DNA of 64,000 nucleotides from the human T2T-CHM13v2.0 reference genome, Homo sapiens. Position 1 is the first letter of the stretch; each line of letters opens with the position of its first letter. The notes under the pieces were generated by a model. The model was given only the letters and a program-made list of their open reading frames with translations. It ran no database searches and was not told the DNA's origin. Position numbers and translations under genes: made by a program. Below are positions 37,185 to 49,400 of the stretch, piece by piece. Location: the NCBI RefSeq assembly GCF_009914755.1, contig NC_060925.1. One strand, written 5' to 3'.

Positions 37185-37767
37185 CATATGGTTTAATCTG
37201 TGACCCCACCAAATCTCATGTCAAATTATAATCCCCAATTTTGGTTGTGGGGCCTGGAGGGAGGTGATTGGATCATGGGGGTGGATTTCCCCCTTGCTGT
37301 TCTGGTGACAGTGAGTTCTCATGAGATCTGGTTAAGTGTGTATCTCACAGCTTGTGGAACTGTGAGCTAATTACACCTCTTTGTAAATTACCCCATCTCA
37401 GGTATTTCTTTATAGCAGTGGAAGAACAGACTAATACAGAGGTGTCTGGATCATTGGGGTAGATTTCTCATGAATGGCTTAGCACCATCGCCTTGGTGCT
37501 GTCCTCATGACAGTGAGTTCTTGTAAAAGTGTGTGGCACCTGCCCCCCTACTCTTTCTCTTGCTCCTGTTCTCCTGTGTGATGTACAAGCTCCTGCTTGG
37601 CCTTCACCACGACTGTAAGCTTCCAGAGTCTTCCCCAGAAACATAGTCCTTCCCAGTGCTATGCTTCCTGTACAGCCTACAGACCCATGAGTCAATTAAA
37701 CCTCTTTTCTTGTAAGTTACCAAGTGTCAGGTATTTCTTTATAGCAATGCACGAACAGTCTAATACA
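37185..37767 (+). mobile_element. Composite MST LTR (two LTR 3' ends in tandem)
   Basis: TATTTCTTTATAGCA...CTAATACA occurs at ~37403-37438 and again at ~37732-37767. Confidence 0.8.
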
Positions 37768-37807
37768 TGTACCTCCAAGATTTTGCCTGACCCAAAGCAA
37801 ATAACTT

Positions 37808-38100
37808 AGTGTAGTGGTTAAGAGTACGGTCCCTTGCCTGTGTTTGAATTTTAGCTCTAACACTTAATAGTGGTGTGACACTGGGCAAGTTACTTGACAT
37901 CTCTATGCCTCAATCTTCCCATCCTAGATAACTGGGATAAAGAGTTTCTACCTCCCAGGGTATTGTAAGGGTTTTTTTTTTTCTTTTTTAAAGTGATATA
38001 TGTGAGTTTGCTGAGGTTAAAGTAGTGTCTTACACATTTTCCTATCTTTAGCACCTAGTAAGTTCATGAGAATGCAGATGTTTACAATTTTTTATTGAAT
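37808..38100 (+). mobile_element. MIR
   Basis: GTAGTGGTTAAGAG..., CTGGGCAAGTTACTTGACATCTCTATGCCTCA core. Confidence 0.75.
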
Positions 38101-39946
38101 AAATGACATTAATTTTACAAATAATCCTAACATACATAACTGTATATTCACTATTTTTCTTCAACAAATATGAACACCTACTATGCCCAGGCATTGTGCT
38201 AGGCACTGGGGACAGCTGGAAACATAAATAACTCATTAGGAGGAAAATGAAACTTTGATACAGTCTATTTTAAGCTATTTTTGTTCTCACAGAACTATCC
38301 TTCCTTAAATAAAAATCCTTTCCATGAAAATTTCCTTTTATAGAAGTGAAACAGTAAAGAATGCATAACACATACACTAGCTTCAATGACTTTCCGAAGG
38401 TCATATTAATATACTTTTTGAACCAAAGAGCAAAACTAGGATTAAATAGAAGACAGGAAATTAAATGAGGGTATTTGAGCTCTTTTTCTTAATGGAGATG
38501 ATTTCAAATTTGTGGTCCCCAGAGCAGGGGCATGTACTTAACTATTTCCAATAAGGTTGTCAATTCTGAGACTTCCCTTACAGTAATGCTGGTGAAAATA
38601 ACTTAGGCCATATTTCCAGATTAACTAGTTAAATATTTCATTTCCTTAAGTGTGCTGGTTGGCGTGGCTCTAAATAATTAGATTACAGGGCGGTCTAATT
38701 ATTTGGTTCAAACAGTCATGCACACACCCTAAGGCTTAATTACCACGAACAAATCAATCCCACCCCCAAATCGTTGCCTGTCACTGACAATAGCTTTAAC
38801 TGTACTTGCACAGTTAAAGGAGTCCAACGAGCATTCTAGGACTGATGATTAAAACTTTACCCATTAAAATAATTGCACTCACTTGGAAATCAGTTTTGTT
38901 TTTAATTGTAGAACCAGCAGTTCTACCCAATTTAAACTTCAGTCATATCTCTCAAGACAGATTAACTAGAGCTGATTTTTTTTAAACTTTGCTTACCATG
39001 AAATACACCTTTCTATTCTTAAAAAACAAACAAACAAACAAAAATAGGGCTTTAAAAATTCGTAAAATAATTAGACCTGGGACTTTGTCCAGGGAATTTC
39101 GCCATTTAAGATAAAGAAAACTCAGCAACATTATGTCTAGTTACCAAGAAAGATATGTGCAACGCGAAACCTTTCCCCAATACCATATTTACTCTGAGAA
39201 ACACAGCAAAATAAAATTCACGATGAAGTTACGATTTCGACATTTTTATTAGTCATCAGCTTACTGCTAGGTTTTAAAAGGTGTTCCAAGGCGGGAAGAA
39301 GGCGCGGGGGGAAGCCTCAGAATATGGGGTCTGTTTCGATTGGGGGGAGCGGCGTTAGAGGGGCGTGAAGGCAGAAAGGAAGGGTAGGGCGGAAATTAGC
39401 GACTTAATAAGACGCCTAGCTCCCGAGGAAGCCAGCCTGGCGTTAGAAGCAAGTAGAGCAGAAGAGATTTAGGGCTAATTAAAACAATCACACGACACTC
39501 CCCCTCGCGTTTGCCGGGGCCGGGTCTCCTGCACTAGCAGAGCCGGGGGCGGGGATTAGCTCGGATTCAAATTTAAAGCGGGAGGCCCGCGTGTGGCTCA
39601 GCAGGTGCCTCATGCCCGGCTCCCGTGGCGGTCGTTTCCGCCCCTACCTGCCCAGAGGGCCGGAAATTACCTAGCGAGGAGCGGCTTATCCATTGTTGCC
39701 AATGTTTCAACTGCGCGGAAAGCCTGAAGAAAGTGCGGAGCACAGGGCACGCGGGCCGCTCACTGCCCTTCCACGCGCCCCCACGTTTCTGGCCGCTGCG
39801 CTCCTTGCCGTGCTTTTACAATGCCACAGGCCACTGGGGGAGACCGGAGCGAAGCCAGGAGGGAAGCAAGGCGGGAGGAAAAGGGAGAAGTGTAAGAAGA
39901 CACAGGCGCCCGGGATACTATATAATCTGGTTCTGAGCTAGAGGGA

Positions 39947-40093
39947 GCGCATGCGCCGGCGACACTTCTGGCGGCAGGAGAAAGGCGCGCATGCGCAGAG
40001 CCGAGACGAAAAATGAAGCCACAGGGTGCCTGGCTGATTGAGGGCGCTGCTTTAGCTACCGAAGGGCCACAGCGCCCCGAAGGCGCGTGCGCA
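39947..40093. promoter_or_regulatory. NRF1-type motifs (GCGCATGCGC x2, GCGCGTGCGC x1)
   Basis: GCGCATGCGC at 39947-39956 and 39987-39996; GCGCGTGCGCA at 40083-40093. Confidence 0.75.
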
Positions 40094-40291
40094 GAGCGCG
40101 GGAAGGGGGTGGAGCTCTTCTGAGGGGGCCGGGGCGAACAGAGCCGGCCTCGCGCGCCCCCTGGCGCGCGCCCGGGGAGAGGAAGGAGCGGGAGGGGGCG
40201 GAGAGGAGGGAGGAGGCAAGCAGGGCGGGAGGGGGGAGGGGAGCCAGAGCGAGGGAGGGTTTATCGACCGGGCGATTTTGGTTAAAATATT

Positions 40292-40302
40292 CAAAATGGC
40301 GG
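40292..40302 (+). promoter_or_regulatory. YY1-type motif overlapping start codon
   Basis: CAAAATGGCGG resembles the YY1 consensus AANATGGCGG; a second YY1-like AAATGGCCGCC lies at 41756-41766. Confidence 0.6.
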
Positions 40303-40356
40303 ACGGAGGAGCAGCGAGTCAAGATGAGAGTTCAGCCGCGGCGGCAGCAGCAGCAG
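40296..40356 (+). CDS. POU2F1: POU2F1 (Oct-1) first coding exon, ubiquitous isoform N-terminus MADGGAASQDESSAAAAAAA, phase-1 donor
   Basis: AAAATGG strong Kozak at 40296; 20 codons + 1 nt, then CAG|GTAATC donor. The peptide matches the recalled Oct-1 N-terminus MADGGAASQDESSAAAAAAADSRMNNPSETSK. Too short for the ORF track. Confidence 0.97.
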
Positions 40357-43300
40357 GTAATCATTACAGCATTTTACATATTCATATTCATACTCAACCC
40401 CGGCTCCCGCTGCCCCCCCCCCGCGACTTAGCATAATTTATTAGTACTCAGGATTATTATAATTAACGGCGGGGAGATGGGGGGCCGGGGAGCATTGAGC
40501 CCCCGCCGGGCGCTGAGCGGAGGGGGAAAGAGGCTCGGAGCGGCCAGGCGGAGGGGGAAGACAAGGGGCAAAGGGGGCTGCGATCCACTGCCCTCCTCCT
40601 GCACCCGGCCCACCCCGCCGCCGCTCGCCGTCTGCCCGTCGGCACCGGCCCTCCTCCTCTGCCGGCCGCCGCTGCCGCCTCCTCGCCGCCGTGCCCGAAC
40701 CCGAGCGGGTCCGCGGCGGGGCGGCGGGGCCGGGGCAGAGGGAGAGGACAATAAAGACATTTTACATATTCATAGCTGCTGGGCCGGCGGGGCGCAGTAG
40801 GGCGCGGGCGGGCGGCCGGGGCCGGGCGGGCGCGGGGTGGGGGGCGTGAAGGGGGATGGAGGCGGCGGCGAGCACAATGCCGGGGAGGCGGCGGGGCCGG
40901 AGCGGACCCCGGCGGCCGGACACCCGCACGCGTCTTCCCCCGGGAGCGGGCCCGGGCGGGGGGGCGCTGCCCGCCTTGGGGGGCGGCCCTCAGGGCAACC
41001 GGGGGTGCGCGCGGGGAGAGCTCCCTGCCCGCGCCCCGCGCGGGGCTGAGCCCGGGGGTCACGGCCCCAGGCACTTCGGCCGCGCCCCACTGGTCCCCAA
41101 TGTGGTGGCCTGACCCAAGCCAGGCCTGCTCTCTAGGTGGGTAGGGGTGAGCGGTCGTGGGCGCTGCGAGGTGGCCTGGGGCGGCGGGGGTGGGGAACCC
41201 GCGCAGGGGTCTGCGTGCCCCCCCTGGGGGGTGGACTGGATTGGAAGGAGTCCTTGGGGCAAGTTCCTTCCGAGGGGATGTCCTCTGGGGCGGCCCGCGC
41301 GCCCCCGGCCGGCGGTCGGCAGCCTCTTTGCGTTGTCGGCCGGGGCTTCGCGGGCGAGTTGGGCTGGAGGTGCCTGGCGTGGTCTGACCTCCGTCTCCCT
41401 TTGCCCCTCCCCGCTGCCCCCCCTCCGTTCCCCCCACCCCCTGCGCCTGACCGGGACGCACGGGGCGGGTGGCCCTCCGGGGCCTCTCGCTCCGAGGCCC
41501 CAGAAGCGCCCAGAGGCCTCCCGAGAACTTGGATGTAAAGGGCTGCCCTCCTGCCCCAGAATGGGCTGGCCTGACAAGTTGATCGTATTCTCGATTTCCT
41601 CTCTCCTGTTGGGAGTCGGTGGGGAGGGACGGGGATCCCCCTCCCTTCTTCTGTGGCGGTGTTTTCTCGCTGTGTGCTGGGTCGTCTTTACTCTCTGCTT
41701 AGCTGAACCTCTTCTCATTTGAATAATGTCTAATTCGGGGAGGTTTATATTATTGAAATGGCCGCCTGGCTTTCCCCGCCTCTCATGTTTAGTAATTCAG
41801 ACCTTTAATAACAGCCACTCACAGCCCAACGCCGTGTTTATATTTTACATTCGCCCCATGTGCTTTTGTGGTTCGATATGATTTTTTTTTTCCTTGGCAA
41901 TCCGCAGGGCTCTGAGATCAAACCCAGGCCGTGCTGGGAAGAGAGGGGGGAAGCTGGGCCTTGGCTTCTCTAGCAGTTGCCTAGGCCTCATGTTCTCTGC
42001 TGCTTGATTTATTTACTAATAACCAAAATGACTACCTCCACCAACTTCCACACACTTTCCCCTCCTCTGCGGGCAAAACAAACTCTCTTGGGGCTTTACT
42101 AGCATTAAAACAGGTCCTAGCTAAGTATCAACTCTGTGATGGTTTGTTTTCTCTTAAAAAGACTTTCTTATACTTTGCAGTAGTATTGGGCCTAGGGGGA
42201 AAAATCTGTCCTGTATTTTATTTTCAGAGCCTATGAAATCTATTTTGGTTTAATCCAAATCACTTTGTTTTGGGGATGGGTACCCCGGTTGCTCCCCACC
42301 CCCATGTTAAATACTTTAAGGCTTTGTAAAGGTCTGTAGTATTTGTAAAACTGACACTTTTTTTTTCCTCTAGGAGTTGTGGAGTAGCTAAATATTAGAA
42401 ATTCCAATTAACAACAGTTTCATAATTTCTTGGTGTGGTGCTACCTTTCTGACATCTTCATTCTAATTTAAAATGGAGCTGACGTTAATTTTGTGCTATC
42501 ATTGTCATAGACTTGCTTATTTTAATTGTAGCACTACTGAAAACAAAAAAATGGGGTTATGTTTTCTTTGAGTATTTGTGTCATGATTAAATGAGTGAAA
42601 AGAGAAGAATAAACATAGGCATTGCGTTTACCCTGATCTTGGAACTTATTCTCCTCCCAGCACACCCGCCCCTCCTCTTTAAGTTGTCAGAATTGATGTT
42701 ATGTTTTATCTAGACTTAGGACAGTTGGCTTGTGAGAGGCAGATTAACTTTTACTGTTTAGAGGAAACAGTAATTTTGATTTTTGGTCTTTCCTGTGGTA
42801 AAATTTTCTTTTAACATTTTTATTTTGTGTAGGGGTGTGTGTGAGTGTGAGTGTGACTAGTGTTGCCTGTCACTGGTGGATGTTTACCGCTGCGTAGTCG
42901 AGGGAAGTATTAGAGGAGTGGGGTTTAACACTAATGTGTTAAACCTTTGAAATTATGTTAAGACATTTTGGTGAGTGGCTAGCTATGTATTTTGTGGGAC
43001 TTTGGTCTTCAGTTTAATTTGTAACAAAATTCTAGGTTTGATGGATTAAACGCAAGCTAATTTCAAATAACCAGTTCTCACCATTTTTCTTCTTTCACTC
43101 ACAGTAGGCAGGCCCTGAATGCAGCAGGAAAAAAAAAAATCTGTAGCTTTTAAGAGAACCTTCAGGTGAATGACTGCTTCAGAGACCTGAAGTATGAGGT
43201 CAGATGGACAAAAAGCAGCAATATAATTTCATGCCTTAAATAGCATATGTTTTTGCACCCGATTCCCAAGATGTGGTCAAACTGATGATGTCATTGGACA

Positions 43301-44144
43301 GAGGACAAGGTGCAGTTAATTTGATTTATTGTCCTGAGGTGAAGTGTAGCAGTGAAGCCTTCTCATAGGGAAACCATTTATTTCGGGTCAATTTCCTTTA
43401 TAGCTGCAATTTAATCACTACTGAGGCCGTAGATATTTTATACAAAATGATAAAATGTACATTGGATTTTACAAGCAAAATTTCGCTGTTACAGTTTTTG
43501 TAATACAGAAAAGGATGGATGTTGTTAACTGGCCTTATATTTTGGTTCACTTTTAATGCTATTGTAAAAATTCATTTCCTCAAAATTCTCAAATGGAGTA
43601 TTTGGGTTTTAGATAGATAGTCATAGAAGTGACCCATATAAATGTTTGTTGTGATCCCCCAGACTTTTATAAGAAACTGTGTTTCTTAATCAGAGCATGG
43701 CTTAGGCTAATGGAGAGACCATTTGCCTTAGAATCCATTTCAGTGAATAAAGCAGAGTTGAGAATGAGGGCTGTGTATTCTTTAAGGTGGAAATGATAAT
43801 GTTGAAAATAAGGTAGAATACTCACAGGAAAGCATGTGCTTTTAAAACAGATTTTTTAAAAAAAATTCAGAATTCTTTTTGGATTTATCTTAGTCTGGAC
43901 AAGTTTGTTCATTTTGTTTTGATTAGTGATTTTAAAATTGTTCCATTGCAACAGTGATTGCACTTAGAATTTTTGACATATTAATAGATTTTCTTGTAAG
44001 ACATTTCTCATATTTTTAATTATTAGTTTATTTTAAGGTGATGATTAAAATTCCCTGAGAATGTGATAAAATTGCTTTATTTCTAACCTGAATTTGTGAT
44101 CCAATTTTGATAGAGTATTTTAGGTTACTTTTGAACCCACATGA

Positions 44145-44526
<382 letters not shown>

Positions 44527-46354
44527 CGTTGTCACTTTCTTAACTCTCCCACCTATTAATTACAATGATACTTTTGAATCAAGGTCTTGAAAATTCACGT
44601 GACAGCTGACCAACTGTTTTTGATTTCTAAAGGACTGTTCTGCTTCCAAACCATTACCGTAAAAGCAATTTTTAACCTCTTCCCTCAAATTAGTTTGTAA
44701 TTCCTTTCATTTTGTCATTGTCAAAAATCCCAGTAGACAAGGAAAAAACAAACCGTAGCTATTATTCAGGTTCAAATGAATTCAGGTGTAGTGTTCTGCC
44801 ATATTTTAAATTTACTATTCTCTACATCAATAGGTAGTATAAAGCAGTGTAAATAAAATATGTTTCATTGCTGCCTAGTTTGAAGTAATTGTCAATCTGC
44901 CATTCATCTGGTTAGTGGATTTTGCAATAAGTTCAGGGCTCAAAATGTTACGTTGCTCTTCTCAAGCCACCAAAGATGTTTAATAGACCCTTGAATATCT
45001 TAGGCAGGTGGTTCTGAAATAACAGAAGTGGAAATTTGAATGTTATCTTTAAGTATTTTCTATTAAAAATTGAAATATTTGACCTGCTTCTTGAATCTGT
45101 ATTGCTTCATCTTGAATTTATTTGTGTTTTTTAAGTTGGTCACTCATTTTCATGAATGTTTCCTTTGTACTTGGAAGACTGTAATATTATGTAGTAGTGA
45201 TTGCCTTGTTGTTATCGGTTATTTTTGTTTTGTTTTTTAATTTTGAAACCCCATAGTTGTAATCTTTGCATATTAGTCTTTCAAGGACCATTAAAAATAA
45301 TGTTGTGTGACTCATTAATTTGCCTTTATATAATTGTGTTAATTACACAGTTTTTGTGATTAGTAAAGACTTGCTATGAAGCCTGATTTTAAGCAGGAAT
45401 GTGTTTTTCCTAATGAAAGTGATTGCATTTGAATTTAGAACTATTCAGGTAATTTGCGTTTAGGGAACAGACCAAGTCACAAACAAAACATGCCCCCTTT
45501 TGGTTATCCATGTTCTTGTTTCTGATCCCTCCTTAAATGCTAAATGCCTGAGCAAATGTACTTACTATTTCTTGGGCGTTAGAGTTGAAAGTTGTTGATT
45601 TGATTCAGTGACATATCTGCTTTGAATTTCTGTACCCTTTCTGCATGAATTTTTTCCTTTTCCTTTTTTTGGGGTAACTTTGAGTCACCATTTTGCTTAC
45701 TTCTTACTGTGTTGCTTAAAGGATGTAAATATCCTTTTGAGTGGTTGAAAGGGATAATAATTAAGGTTCACAGAGAATAGCAGTTTCCTTATGCATCTTT
45801 CGCTGGACATTTTTGTGCATTATTGACATTTCATAAGTAAAGAGAATTGAATAACTGTAGATTTTAATTCTTCTTAGGAATAAATTGGTTTGTTTTGTAC
45901 CGAAGTATTTCTGTGTTCTAAACAGGTGATGAGCTCTTATAAACTGTTTCAGCAGTAATAACAATGGAAACAAAAATAGCCTGAGTAGAGCTATTGCCTG
46001 ACTTACTTGATCCGTTTACAGTATGTTTAGAATTTGGAATATGAGAATTGTCTTGAGTTTCAGAAGTTCTGATTTGAAGATGCTCCTTGCATACAGTGCA
46101 TGTGGTTATGGGGTTCTGTGTGTTTTTACTATGGGGTGTGAATTTTTTGAGCATTGGTATCTTTGTATACTCAGTGACTAATAGAGCTCTTTTGTTTTTG
46201 GGTTTTATTTATTTATTTATTTATTTCCAATTAAGCAAGCACTCAAGATTTCAGTGTTGCCTACATTTGCTGACAGGACTAGTAATTGAGCAAAAGAAGA
46301 ATCAGCAAACCTCTAGATTTATCAGATTATCTTTTATTCATTTATTTTCTCTTA

Positions 46355-46485
46355 TTTTTAATTTTTTTTAAGAGATGGGGTCTTGCTATGTTGCCTAGGC
46401 TAGTCTAAAACTCCTGGGCTTAAGCAGTCCTACTGTGGCCTCCCCAAGTGCTGGGACTACAGGCATGAGCTACCACACCTGGCCC
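46355..46485 (-). mobile_element. FLAM monomer
   Basis: Monomeric Alu. Confidence 0.8.
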
Positions 46486-49400
46486 AGATTTCTTTTAAAC
46501 TGCTGGAACTCCTGGACATTTATCCGGAGAGGATACATTATACTAACTTTTTTTTAACAGCCAATGTTCACATTCCACAAAGCTAAGTGTTTGTAGTAGC
46601 TTTACTAAGTCTTCAATATTGAAAGTCATAGCAAGTGCAATTTATCACATTATTTATTTCATAATTCTTTGTAACTTTATGCTTTTTATGTTGGAATATA
46701 GAAATGGTATATGAAATTAAATCAATAATAATAATTATTATGGCAGGTTTCCCCCCCTCTGTTGAACTTTCTCTTTGCAATAGAAGATATAAACAGGAAT
46801 GGCTGGAAAATGAACAATATGCTGTGTGTTAAACGACTCATTTGTGCTTAAACATATGATTACCTTAATGGAGTTGCACTGATACCTTAAAGGGAATATA
46901 TTTTTATATGGAAAAGTGACTTAGGTGTTTTCTTGTTTTAGTACACTTATTTTAGTGGTCTGCTTAATGAAAAATACAGCCTTTTTTGGCTGATTCATAC
47001 TGCAGCAAGCAATATTATAATTAATGTTTTAAAGTAGTTACCATCCTAGTCTATAAAAGGTATCTGCTATGTACCTGGTCCTATGCCTGTAGTCTTTGGG
47101 AATAACAAGGAAATATGACTGCTGCGGAGGAGTTGGTATGTTTACTTAAGCAGGAAAAATTGAAAAACAGTGTATATAATTACATATTAAAATATGTAAC
47201 AGATAATGAAGATTGGAGAATAGATCAGAGTGTGTCCAAGTTTGAAAGAGCCAGAGCATCCTAGAATATATTATAGCTGGAAGGTAATTTAGATATAATC
47301 TTTGCTAAAGGTTTTGCTTCACAGATGAGGAAATATTTTCACAATGGTTTAGTGACTTGCTCACAGTCACTTAACTATTCAGTAACAGATAAGAACACAA
47401 GACTTCTAACTTTCTCCCACCTCCCAGTCTCTCCTCCTGCCCCATTGCTGTCAGTCAGAGAAGGCTTTATGTAGAAGGCGAGACTTTTAAACCGAGCTTT
47501 AAAGGGCAAAAAGAATTTAGAGGAATGGGAATACAGAGAAGGCCATTGAAGGGGAGATTGTGTTCAACATTGTGATGTATAGGTAAAGAATGAGGAAGCA
47601 TTTGTTCTATCTGCAGGAAAGCTGTTGGAGGATTTTGAAATAGGGACTGATGTGATAAAAATGGTGTGTTAGGAGTAATGTGGTGTGCAGGATGGTTTGA
47701 AATAGGAAGGGAGAGATTAGATCCATAGAAACCAGTGTATAGAGGTATTTGGTTTATTAACTAATTACTGTAGGTGCTACTAGAGATACAAACATAATTT
47801 AAAAATTACTTGACCTCAAGAGACTTCCAGTCTAATTTATGAAATAGATAAGTCGTGATAAAGGTGTTGAGGATATTGTCCAATTACATTACATGGAATA
47901 AGGACGTTTGGGAGAAATTCTTGCCTGGCCTTTACAGTAGAAACTATTTGTTTTTAGTCTTATGGACACTGAATTGTCTAATTGACTTAGTTTCCTTTTC
48001 AAATCAAACTACAGTTTGATTTGGTCAAATTTAGGTCAGATTATTAACCTGAGAAGCACATGCATAGGCAATTACGTTTGCATTTCTTAGCCTAATTAGT
48101 AGATCAATTTTTTGTCCATGCATTTGTTTTGTATTTCTTGTATTGCTTCCATCTTTAAACTCTTTTTATCTTGTTTTATGTGGGCCACCTTACATCCTTT
48201 CTGGAGCAAGGCAGGTATAAATAATATTACCATAACCATGGCACAGTGATAATGTCTGTATTTTTATAGTACTTTGAAATTTATAGCCACATTCTCATTT
48301 TCATTACCTCAGTTAGTCCTTTCAGGCAAGCGTTACTATACCCATTTTATAGTCGAGTAAAATAAAACTTAGATTAAGTGACTTTCTCAAGGTCCTGTGT
48401 TTTTATAAGCATTAAGTGTGGGTAATAGCAAGACTTCCAGCTTAGTTGTTATTTAGGCTGTGTATTAAGGCACTTTGGGGCTCTATTGTGGAGAGCTCTG
48501 AATCCTTTGTGTTGGTGTAAGAGTTTGGATTTTATTTGCTAGGCAGTAGGAAGTCACTGAATTTTTTTTTTTTAATTTTTTTTTGTTATGGACAGTGCCA
48601 TGATCAGAGCCCTTAAAGTTTAGCAGCTAATTAGATGCAAAGAGATTATCAAGGTTTTGAGTTTAGGTTATCCAGAAAAGAGCATTACCATAAGCAGGTG
48701 TAGGGATGTTGGGAAAAGGAGCCATTTGGGGAGTAAGTCAGTGAATTCACTTTGACATGTCATTTGAGACATGTTTGGGTGGGTCTTATTGGGTTGTAGA
48801 TTCCTTGTGAAAATTGAAAATTTTTTAGTGAATTAAATGTTTGATAAACATTAATACTAGGGTTGAAATTTATGCTCATGCCACTGTGCGTGTGGACTGA
48901 GTATTGAATCTGAACGTTGTAAATTCTAGATATCTCATTTTGGCTTTGGCACTGTCTTCTAAGGTTATTTCCTTCAACAATACGATGGTGATAATACCAG
49001 TGTTAGAGGGATGCTGTGGGGAGTATCAAATTGATAGCAGAAGCATTTTTAAAGTAACTCTGTAATAGTTTTTCTTACATGAGCACAGGAGTAAAATCAG
49101 GAATTTTATTACTTGTGCTGCTGTAGAGAAGCAGAAGCTTTAGCAGCCGATGGATTCTGTGGGGCACCTGACTGTAGGTTGTTCATTTTTTGGTGCAGCC
49201 AGCATCTTAGGAGGAATGGACACTCCTAATACTCTTCTGAAAACTTTATACAGTGGAGGTGTTGCATTGTAGCAAATACAACTTACCTTGATTTCAGGGC
49301 ATTCTGTTATCTAGCCCCTACCCTTGCCTATGCATTATTATCTTTACTACTTCCTTAAATAGCATGACTCAACAATTCCATCAAGGAAGTTCCCTTATTG

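Larger units (their letters stand above)
39220..41660. promoter_or_regulatory. POU2F1: CpG island / POU2F1 main promoter
   Basis: Sharp rise in GC and CpG density; GC boxes; ETS-like CCGGAAAT ~39660; surrounds exon 1. Confidence 0.95.

Noticed and set aside
40052-41722. Long ORFs (up to 332 aa) across the CpG island
   Set aside because: Low-complexity Pro/Arg/Gly/Ala translations expected from GC-rich, stop-poor DNA. The real coding part is only 40296-40356.
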